A DNA stretch of 64,000 nt from Candidatus Uhrbacteria bacterium RIFOXYB12_FULL_58_10 (GTDB taxonomy: Bacteria; Patescibacteriota; Patescibacteriia; UBA9934; GWF2-40-263), in the NCBI GenBank assembly GCA_943354165.1, contig CALRBH010000001.1, positions 16,828-80,827 on the forward strand, written 5' to 3'. Position 1 is the first letter of the stretch, and every line of letters begins with the position of its first letter. The notes beneath the pieces were generated by a model. The model saw nothing but the letters and a program-made list of their open reading frames with translations, was not told the DNA's origin and searched no databases. Positions 29,408-36,945 of the stretch are shown one piece after another. The position numbers were made by a program, and so were the translations under genes.

Positions 29408-31693
29408 TTATTCAAACGCGCCCGCGCGTTTGAACTTGGGGCGCTTTGGGGCGGCGCGCTTTTTGACGAGCATTTCTGCGGCCATCTCTGGGGTAACGGA
29501 CATTGGATCGATCTTTTTCGAGATCGTCGCGTTGGTGATGCCGTCGCTGACGTACGGGCCATAGCGACCGTCCTTTACGAGGATTTCATTCTTGGTGACA
29601 GGATCGATGCCGAGCTTCGCCATCGGTTCTTGCATGCGGCGTTTGCGCTCAGTGCCTTCGGAAATCGTGCGTCGAGCTTCTTCGAGCGTGACGGTGCGTG
29701 GATCGAGGGCAGGGGGGAGGGATGTGTAGGCGGGTCCGACCTTGAGGTATGGACCGAACCGCCCGACGTTTGCCACGATCTCTTCACCAGCTTCGGTCTT
29801 GCCGATGACGCGTGGAAGTTCGAGGAGCCGCAGGGCCTCCTCGAGCGTGAGATGTTCGGATGATGCTTCACGCGGGAGGGAAGCGCTGCGTGGCTTGTTG
29901 ATCTTTGCCTTCTTGTCCTCCTCACTCCACTCGCCGAGCTGGACGTAGGCGCCGTAGCGGCCACTCAACACATACACGGGCAAACCCGTCTCGGGATCGA
30001 CGCCAAGCTGGCGGTCGTGGACGACGTCCGCGCGGTTTATGGATTTGCCTTTCTCCACAATCGCCGCGTGGAACGGGCCATAAAATTCCTTGAGCATTGG
30101 CACCCATTCCTCCTTGCCGTCCGCCACGTCATCGAGTTTCTGCTCCATGCCCGAGGTGAACTCGTAGTCCACGATGTTCGGGAAATGCTCGGCCAACATG
30201 TCGATGACGGTGTAAGCGACGTCCGTCGGGAACAGTTTCTTGTTGTCGTCGCGATCGACGTAGCCGCGGTCGATGACCGTCGAAATCGTCGGCGCGTATG
30301 TGGAAGGACGGCCAATGCCGTGCTCTTCCATGACCTTCACGATCGTCGCATCGCTATAGCGTGGCGGTGGTTCTGTGAAGTGTTGGGTTGGAACAACGGA
30401 CACCGTATCTACTGCGTCGCCCTCCTTAAGGAGAGGCAACATGCGTTCCGTAGCACTCTTGTATACCTTCATGAACCCCTCAAACGCAATGGCGTTGCCA
30501 TTGGCACGGAACATCGCCTTGCCGCCCTCGAGGTCCACGGCGGTGCGTCGAAGGACAGCAGAAGGCATCTGGCTCGCCACCGCGCGGCGCCAAATGAGGT
30601 CGTAGAGTTTCTTCTCGCCCGCGTCCATCTTTTCTGGAAGGGTCTCTGGGGTCAGGGTGATCTCTGTTGGACGAATAGCTTCGTGAGCCTCCTGCGCGCC
30701 TTTCTTCTTCGTCACGTACGTATTGGCGCCGGTGGCGTATTCCGCACCGAACTGAGCTTTAAGAAATACTTGCGCTTCGTCGAGGAACTTCTGGGCGAGG
30801 TTCGTCGAATCAGTACGCATGTAGGTGATGCGTCCTGTTTCATACAGCTTCTGTGCGAGCGTCATGGTCTGCTTACCGCTCATTCCAAGACGCGAGTTGG
30901 CTTCGATTTGCAAACTCGACGTAGTGAACGGAGGTGATGGCGCCTTCTTCGCTTCCTTTGTCTCGACACGCGTGACGGCGAATGGGGAAGAGGCCAGACG
31001 ATCGACGATGGCCTTAGCACTCGCTTCATCCTTTATCTCCATCTTATCCACCTTCTTTCCATCGAGCTCGACGAGCTTGCCGGGGAAGGACTCATTGTTC
31101 TTCGAAAATTCTCCGTCGACCGTCCAATACTCTTCGATGTTAAAAGCGGTGCGCTCGCGCTCACGTTCTACGATCAAACGAACGGTTACGGACTGCACGC
31201 GTCCGGCCGAAAGCCCCCAGCGGATTTTCTTGCCGATGAGCGGAGAGAGTTCATATCCGACGAGGCGATCGAGGATGCGGCGGGCCTGTTGGGCGTGCAC
31301 GAGGCGCATGTCGAGCTTGCGCGGCGCGGACATGGCGTGCTCGATGGCCGACTTCGTAATTTCATGAAACGTGATGCGCTTGGCGTCCTCAACGGGCAGC
31401 TTCAAGATGGCAGCGATGTGCCAGGCGATCGCTTCTCCTTCGCGGTCTTCGTCGGTCGCCAGGTAGATTTCGTCTACGCCCTTGGCCGCTGCCTTAAGTT
31501 CCGCGACATGCTCCTTGGCGCGATCAGGAATTTCGTACGTGGGTTTGAAATCGTGTGCGGTGTCCACGCTGATGTTTTTCGCGGGCAGATCACGCACATG
31601 ACCGTACGACGAAAGAACCCGGTACCCCGAGCCGAGAAACTTGGCGATGGTCTTCGCCTTGGTGGGGGACTCTACGATAAGAAGTCGAGACAT
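29408..31693 (-). CDS. topA: DNA topoisomerase I
   Basis: IVESPTKAKTI, ATDEDREGEAI, SAGRVQS, ITYMRTD, QEAHEAIRP; Topo_C GRYGPY repeats. Confidence 0.97.
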   Translation of the reverse strand: MSRLLIVESPTKAKTIAKFLGSGYRVLSSYGHVRDLPAKNISVDTAHDFKPTYEIPDRAKEHVAELKAAAKGVDEIYLATDEDREGEAIAWHIAAILKLPVEDAKRITFHEITKSAIEHAMSAPRKLDMRLVHAQQARRILDRLVGYELSPLIGKKIRWGLSAGRVQSVTVRLIVERERERTAFNIEEYWTVDGEFSKNNESFPGKLVELDGKKVDKMEIKDEASAKAIVDRLASSPFAVTRVETKEAKKAPSPPFTTSSLQIEANSRLGMSGKQTMTLAQKLYETGRITYMRTDSTNLAQKFLDEAQVFLKAQFGAEYATGANTYVTKKKGAQEAHEAIRPTEITLTPETLPEKMDAGEKKLYDLIWRRAVASQMPSAVLRRTAVDLEGGKAMFRANGNAIAFEGFMKVYKSATERMLPLLKEGDAVDTVSVVPTQHFTEPPPRYSDATIVKVMEEHGIGRPSTYAPTISTVIDRGYVDRDDNKKLFPTDVAYTVIDMLAEHFPNIVDYEFTSGMEQKLDDVADGKEEWVPMLKEFYGPFHAAIVEKGKSINRADVVHDRQLGVDPETGLPVYVLSGRYGAYVQLGEWSEEDKKAKINKPRSASLPREASSEHLTLEEALRLLELPRVIGKTEAGEEIVANVGRFGPYLKVGPAYTSLPPALDPRTVTLEEARRTISEGTERKRRMQEPMAKLGIDPVTKNEILVKDGRYGPYVSDGITNATISKKIDPMSVTPEMAAEMLVKKRAAPKRPKFKRAGAFE

Positions 31694-31793
31694 GTGGGGA
31701 GGTCGTTACGAACCTACGAACGGCTACGAAACCACGAAAATGGATACAGTGCTGGCGATGATGCCTCGGTTTGAGGTGTGCGTCAAGAAATGA

Positions 31794-32063
31794 TTATTCG
31801 TAGACGTCCTTTCTGTGTCCGATGTGCAGGATGGAAAGAATGGAAATTTTGCCGTCGGTTTGCCGTTTAAAAATAGCACGATATGAGCCGATGCGGAAAC
31901 GAAAAAAGCCGCGGAGCGGTCCTGTAAGTGGTTTGGCAGATGACATTGGATTCTCGTGTTTTTCGTAATCAGTCAATGTTTCGACGATTCGTTCTGCGAT
32001 AGATGCGTCTAGGCTATCGAGGTCTTTCTGAGCACGTCTCGCTAATTCTATTACGAATCGCAT
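31794..32063 (-). CDS. RelE/ParE-family toxin
   Basis: AQKDLDSLD, KPLTGPLRGFFRFRIGSYRAIF, IGHRKDVYE. Confidence 0.9.
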   Translation of the reverse strand: MRFVIELARRAQKDLDSLDASIAERIVETLTDYEKHENPMSSAKPLTGPLRGFFRFRIGSYRAIFKRQTDGKISILSILHIGHRKDVYE

Positions 32064-32065
32064 AG

Positions 32066-32317
32066 TTACTTCGTGCTGTATCGCTTGCGTGCTTGTGCAA
32101 GAGAAATAGTACGACCAGCTTTCGCATCGGCAGCACCCTCCTTAACGGCCGCAACAGTGCGAGCGAGAGCACTGACCTTCTTTGCGATATGACGGACTTC
32201 AAACACGGGCTGGTCGTTCTCAACTACGACAAGCCGTTGGTTCTTTTTATAGGCCTCGCGGGAAAGTGAGGTCATGTGCTGCTTAAATTGCGTGAGGCCG
32301 ACGGTGCGGATGGTCAT
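32066..32317 (-). CDS. Phd/YefM-like antitoxin
   Basis: TVGLTQFKQHM...LVVVENDQPVF; C-terminal ADAKAGRTISL; 2 nt from toxin gene. Confidence 0.8.
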   Translation of the reverse strand: MTIRTVGLTQFKQHMTSLSREAYKKNQRLVVVENDQPVFEVRHIAKKVSALARTVAAVKEGAADAKAGRTISLAQARKRYSTK

Positions 32318-32542
32318 AGAAAGGTTATTGATTGGATGATAGCGATGTTTCACCTTGAAGACAAATCGGCAAGGGGATTTTATGAGCCTCAATACAGCAT
32401 AATTTGTGTCGAGGATCATTGACAAAACGTCAAAATTGTGCTAATATTCGCCCACGAATAATCGTTCATGATTGTTCGAAACGGTGAGCCTGGGGTTCTG
32501 ACATTTTGTCAGGATGACGGGTGAACCAAGCAGGAGAAGAAC

Positions 32543-33343
32543 ATGGCCAAGAAAAACTTGTCCGAGATCGAGCGCGGCGCCGGATTCTTTGAAGGATTCG
32601 TCACCAACCTCATGGCCGTCGTCCGGGAACAAAACGTCCCGTTCGAGGCACTCTATCGCCTCGTGAAGCCCGAGGGGCGCGAGACGCTGAAGGAAATGGT
32701 GTATGTGGCTCAGAAGGCATTTCAGCCTCTGAGTGCTGTGCCTCAAGCACAGCAAGACTACTTCACCCAAGTCCTCGACGCCGACGTCCCCGAGTCGCAC
32801 AAGGCGACCGTGGCCAAGTACCGCAAGCTCGCCAGTGAGCACGGCGTGCCCACGACGACCGTAGTATGTTACCGCGTCCGTGCCGGCTTCACCCTGAAGT
32901 CGCACGCCGCCAAGGCCGGCCCTTGCATCCAAGGTTTCCAGTACTTGCAAAACTGGAACTTCCCGGACGAGCCGACCGTCGACTGCCTGGTCTTCTGGGT
33001 GCCCTGCATCCTGAAGGACAGCAAGAACAAAACCAAAGACGAGCAGACTGCGCTGCTCGCTGATACGCGCACCAAGCTGGAGTTGCCCGCTCATCACATG
33101 AGTAGCTTCGGCAAGGTCGCTCTCGTGGCCGGTCTTATCCTTGCCCATTACAAGGCAACGAAAGGTGAGCACATCCCACTCGGCAACGACTGGGTGCGCA
33201 CCGACACCTGCAGCGCGGACGGCGATCGCCTCCGCCTCGGCGACTTCGGTGGTGCTGGCCTCGACTGCGGCGACGACCGCTGGGGCGACGGTCGGCGCGC
33301 CCGCCTCGGCGCCTTCGCCTTGGGGGTGGAACTCGGATCCTAG
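32543..33343 (+). CDS. DGR target protein with C-terminal variable region
   Basis: 3' end carries a VR matching TR; WVRTDT...RL.LGDF...GL......LGAFAL suggests a CLec-like C-terminus; AGGAG RBS. Confidence 0.9.
   Translation: MAKKNLSEIERGAGFFEGFVTNLMAVVREQNVPFEALYRLVKPEGRETLKEMVYVAQKAFQPLSAVPQAQQDYFTQVLDADVPESHKATVAKYRKLASEHGVPTTTVVCYRVRAGFTLKSHAAKAGPCIQGFQYLQNWNFPDEPTVDCLVFWVPCILKDSKNKTKDEQTALLADTRTKLELPAHHMSSFGKVALVAGLILAHYKATKGEHIPLGNDWVRTDTCSADGDRLRLGDFGGAGLDCGDDRWGDGRRARLGAFALGVELGS
33207..33322 (+). repeat. DGR variable repeat (VR)
   Basis: 116-nt ungapped match to 33682-33797; 19 mismatches by hand count, 18 at TR adenines. Confidence 0.96.
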
Positions 33344-33402
33344 GATCCTTGGCCCTCGTCAAATGGTCTTTGGACCCTTGAACCCTCGGTCACTCGGCCT
33401 CT

Positions 33403-33434
33403 TGACCCCCGGACAATTTATTGTCCGGGGGTCA
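33403..33434. promoter_or_regulatory. Perfect hairpin downstream of VR (DGR cis element and/or terminator)
   Basis: TGACCCCCGGACAAT-TT-ATTGTCCGGGGGTCA. Confidence 0.75.
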
Positions 33435-33681
33435 TCTAATTTCAACATGTTATACTTGCCGTTGGCTGCGTCGTTGTTGCTCGTGTCTACGGATCCGAGC
33501 CGGCAGTACAGGGTATCGTGCAATCAGAATAACGCCGGAGATTTTCTTGCGTTAGCGTATTCCACGATATTGGGATTTCCATTCCCCACCCCGTGTCAGA
33601 CACTCGTGCGTATATTGCGCAGCATAAAATTCAACCCGGAGTGTATACGACGGGTGGTGATTCGGATGGTGTCTGGCGCAT

Positions 33682-33797
33682 CCTGCAACGCGGACGGCAA
33701 TCGCCTCAACCTCGGCGACTTCGATGATGCTGGCCTCAACTGCGACGACGACAACTGGAACGACGATCGCAACGACCACATCGGCGCCTTCGCCTTG
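33682..33797 (+). ncRNA. DGR template repeat (TR)
   Basis: AAC/GAC-rich intergenic copy of VR upstream of RT on the same strand. Confidence 0.95.
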
Positions 33798-33826
33798 ATG
33801 ATGGGGAAGGAAACGAGAAAGACATC

Positions 33827-34141
33827 TCAAACACTGAGGTGTCTTTCGTTTAGGCTCTGCAACCATCTGCCGAGCATACGTCCGATCGTCCCGAGCTTAT
33901 CTGTTACCTGTGCGTATTTTCCAGTGTCTAATCCCTTCGCTTCCCAGAGGAGTGTTGTAAAAAATTTGAGCTGGTCTAACTTTCGGCTAAGTGTTTCCAG
34001 AAAGATTCGCTTGTCCTCTCGCTTGGTATACTGCGCAGTAAGCGCAAGTTCCAAAATATCCGTGAAGATATTGTCGACCTTGGCTCCAATCGTATACCGC
34101 GTGAGTCTTGGGAGATGGATCAAGAAATTATGCCACAACAA
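33827..34141 (-). CDS. avd: DGR accessory protein Avd (four-helix bundle); N-terminus probably extends to ATG 34232 through a frameshift
   Basis: LP...RYTIGAKV, KLDQLKFF, IGRMLGRW motifs; lies between TR and RT. Confidence 0.85.
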   Translation of the reverse strand: MLWHNFLIHLPRLTRYTIGAKVDNIFTDILELALTAQYTKREDKRIFLETLSRKLDQLKFFTTLLWEAKGLDTGKYAQVTDKLGTIGRMLGRWLQSLNERHLSV

Positions 34142-34166
34142 ATAAGCCTGTTTGAGTTCGGAGACG

Positions 34167-35207
34167 ATGGAAAGTTCAGAATTCCGTTGGGGGGGGGTCG
34201 CTTATAGGGCGGTTCGTAGCAAGTTGACTCATAAGTTTGAGGAGATTATTTCGATGGAAAATCTATGCCTGGCCTGGGAGGAATTTATTCGTGATAAAAG
34301 AGGCAAAAAAGATGTACAGGATTTCGCTCACAATCTTTCCGATGAGATTTTCAAGCTTCACGAAGATCTTTTGATGGGTGTTTATCTGCACGGGCCGTAC
34401 AAACATTTCCGGATCAATGATCCCAAGCCACGTGATATTCATAAGGCTCTGGTCCGTGATCGTTTGCTGCATCATGCCATCCATCGCCAATTATACCCGT
34501 TCTATGCACGCGTGTTTATCGCAGACTCGTTCTCCTGCCAGTCGGGAAAGGGTTTACATCGCGCGATTAACCGTTTTCGGAACATGGGGCAGAAAGAGAG
34601 TCTTAATCAGACAAGGACTTGTTGGGTTCTCAAATGCGACATTCGAAAGTATTTCGCAAGCGTAGACCACGCGACACTTCTCGCCATCCTGAAAGATCGT
34701 ATCGATGATACGCGTATAACTGGACTTCTTCAGTCGATCATCTCGAGTTTTGAATCGGCTCCAGGGAAGGGAATCCCGCTCGGCAATCTCACAAGCCAGC
34801 TCTTCGCAAACATCTACCTCCATGAGTTCGATGTATTCGTAAAGCATCGGTTGAAGGTGAAGTGGTTCGTAAGGTACGCCGATGATTTTCTCCTGCTGTC
34901 TCATGATCGCGACGCGTTGGTTCAGCTGCTTCCCCTGATGAGCCAGTTTCTTTTAGATCGACTGGCGCTGGTGATACATCCTCATAAAATCGTCCTACAG
35001 ACTCTTGCTTCCGGGGCGGACTTTCTCGGATGGATTCAATTTCCGCACCAGAGAGTTCTCCGAACAAAAACGAAACAACGGATGTTTAGTCGGGTTAAAA
35101 ATCATCCCACGCAAGAAACACTCAAGTCTTATTTAGGCCTGCTGAGCCATGGGAATGGATTTTGTTTACAGACACAGATCATTAATGAGCATTGGCTGCG
35201 TTCCTGA
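34167..35207 (+). CDS. DGR reverse transcriptase (start uncertain: 34167, 34224 or 34254)
   Basis: DPKPRDIH, RDRLLHHA, LKCDIRKYFASVDH, GIPLGNLTSQLFANIYL, RYADD, DFLG. Confidence 0.96.
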   Translation: MESSEFRWGGVAYRAVRSKLTHKFEEIISMENLCLAWEEFIRDKRGKKDVQDFAHNLSDEIFKLHEDLLMGVYLHGPYKHFRINDPKPRDIHKALVRDRLLHHAIHRQLYPFYARVFIADSFSCQSGKGLHRAINRFRNMGQKESLNQTRTCWVLKCDIRKYFASVDHATLLAILKDRIDDTRITGLLQSIISSFESAPGKGIPLGNLTSQLFANIYLHEFDVFVKHRLKVKWFVRYADDFLLLSHDRDALVQLLPLMSQFLLDRLALVIHPHKIVLQTLASGADFLGWIQFPHQRVLRTKTKQRMFSRVKNHPTQETLKSYLGLLSHGNGFCLQTQIINEHWLRS

Positions 35208-35208
35208 T

Positions 35209-36288
35209 CTATCCTCGTGCGTACACGTTGCTGCCGAGGTGGCGTATGACGCCGTTCATTTCCATGAGCGTTAGACTGCTTCCGACCTCCGCCGTTGAAA
35301 AACCCGTCGATCGAATCAGCTCATCCATGTGCGTCGGCGCGGTGAGAAGTTCCCAGAGTTTTGCCTGCATCGGCTGGGTAGGCGCGGCGCGTTCTGGCTT
35401 TGGGACGGGGACGGTGCCGAGGGCCTGGCAGAGGTCGTCTGAGCTTCCAATGAGCGCTGCGCCCATCTTTATAAGGATGTGTGGCCCTTCAGACAGTTCG
35501 GATGTTACGGGACCGGGAATCGCGTACACGTCGCGGCCGGATTCCACGGCGGACTTGGCCGTGATGAGCGAGCCAGACTGCGCTTTCGCTTCGACGATGA
35601 GGACAGCTCGTGAAAGTCCGGCGATGACGCGGTTGCGCATCGGAAAGTTGGACTTGAACGGGGGAGTGCCGATGGGGAACTCGGAGACGAGCGCGCCGCC
35701 GCCCGCGATGATCTCTTCGGCCAAGCGTCGATTGCTCGACGGATACCAGTTTGGCTTATCGAGTCCTGATCCGAGTACCGCGATCGTCGGCGTTCGATTT
35801 TCCACAGCGGCGCGATGGGCGAGTGTGTCGACTCCTAGTGCCATGCCGCTCACCACGACGATTCCTGACGGCAATGCAGGGACGAGGATGCGTTCAATCG
35901 CCTCGCGCGAGTACGCGCTTGGTTCACGCGTGCCGACGACGGCGAGATGCGGACGATCGGCATTCGGGAGCGTGCCGACCACGAAGAAGATGGCGGGCGG
36001 ATCGTAAATCGTCGCGAGGGCTTTGGGATAGTCTGCGTCGCGTCGTGTGATCGCTTTCACGCCGTGTCGCTCCAGTGTTTCCAATTCTTTCATCGGATCG
36101 ATCTTTCCGCGGGCTTCGATGAATGCGTGTGCGAGGGTGCTATCGATCCCGGCACTCACGAGTTCATCCACAGATGCCAAAAACGCTTCCTTCATCGTGG
36201 GGAAGCGTTTCATTAATTTGCCCATCCGCACGGCGCCGAACTTGGGGAACCGCAGCAGGGCGAGCCAGTAGGGGAGATCGGATGGCAT
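35209..36288 (-). CDS. dprA: DNA-processing protein DprA
   Basis: AVVGTR, VSGMALGVDT.AH, FPMRNRVIAGLS, SGSLITA. Confidence 0.96.
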   Translation of the reverse strand: MPSDLPYWLALLRFPKFGAVRMGKLMKRFPTMKEAFLASVDELVSAGIDSTLAHAFIEARGKIDPMKELETLERHGVKAITRRDADYPKALATIYDPPAIFFVVGTLPNADRPHLAVVGTREPSAYSREAIERILVPALPSGIVVVSGMALGVDTLAHRAAVENRTPTIAVLGSGLDKPNWYPSSNRRLAEEIIAGGGALVSEFPIGTPPFKSNFPMRNRVIAGLSRAVLIVEAKAQSGSLITAKSAVESGRDVYAIPGPVTSELSEGPHILIKMGAALIGSSDDLCQALGTVPVPKPERAAPTQPMQAKLWELLTAPTHMDELIRSTGFSTAEVGSSLTLMEMNGVIRHLGSNVYARG

Positions 36289-36290
36289 GG

Positions 36291-36346
36291 GGTTGGAAGG
36301 GCTGTAAGGGTTGTAAGGGCGGTTAGGGCTGTAAGGGCGGTAAGGG
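36291..36346. repeat. Tandem nonamer repeat (GGGCTGTAA-like) at the pth-dprA junction
   Basis: About 6 imperfect units, partly encoding the pth C-terminus. Confidence 0.65.
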
Positions 36347-36871
36347 GTTGTTGATGGAGATGCGATCTGCGGCGGCTTTGATCAGGGAAGGAAGCTTTGC
36401 TTCTTCCTCTGTGGACCACTTGCCGAGCACCCAGGTGTCGAGTTGGATTTGGACCTCGTGTGGGCGGCCGATACCGACGCGCAGGCGGGGGACGAGAGTT
36501 CCTTCGGGGAAGATCTGGAGAATCGATTTCATCCCGTTGTGGCCGCCGCTTCCGTTTCCTGTCTGGCGCATTTCGCCGAGCGGGAGATCCGCGTCATCGA
36601 AGACGACGAGAAGATCCTGCGGTTCGATGGAATACTTTTTCATGGCGAGCTTCACGGCTTCGCCGGAAAGGTTCATGAACGTGTTCGGCTTGAGGAGAAT
36701 TGCGCGCGCACTATTCAGGGTGATTTCTGCCACATCGCCCTTGAGATTCTCTGAAGGGCGGAACTTGGCCCGTGTCCGGTTCGCGAGCTCATCGAGCACA
36801 AGGAATCCGACGTTATGCCTCGTGCGAGCATACTCTTGTCCAGGATTGCCGAGGCCAATGATGAGGCGCAT
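36323..36871 (-). CDS. pth: Peptidyl-tRNA hydrolase
   Basis: GLGNPG..Y..TRHNVGF, KPNTFMNLSG, GGHNGMKS, RLRVGIGRP. Confidence 0.96.
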   Translation of the reverse strand: MRLIIGLGNPGQEYARTRHNVGFLVLDELANRTRAKFRPSENLKGDVAEITLNSARAILLKPNTFMNLSGEAVKLAMKKYSIEPQDLLVVFDDADLPLGEMRQTGNGSGGHNGMKSILQIFPEGTLVPRLRVGIGRPHEVQIQLDTWVLGKWSTEEEAKLPSLIKAAADRISINNPLPPLQP

Positions 36872-36945
36872 AGAGTTAGTAGTAAGTAGTTAGTAGTAAG
36901 TAGTCGTAGTAAAAATTTACTAACTACTTACTACTAACTACTCTC
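36872..36945. repeat. Inverted heptamer-repeat hairpin, TAGTAAG family copy 1
   Basis: (AGTAGTA/AGTAGTT)n ... (ACTACTA/ACTACTT)n fills the der-pth spacer. Confidence 0.85.

Noticed and set aside
33141-34145. 334-aa plus-strand ORF spanning TR
   Set aside because: Overlaps the target, hairpin, TR and antisense avd; the VR-like peptide is only the translation of TR.
34167-35207. RT as a group II intron or retron RT
   Set aside because: No maturase/X or endonuclease extension and no retron VTG motif; the adjacent TR/VR pair and avd identify a DGR.
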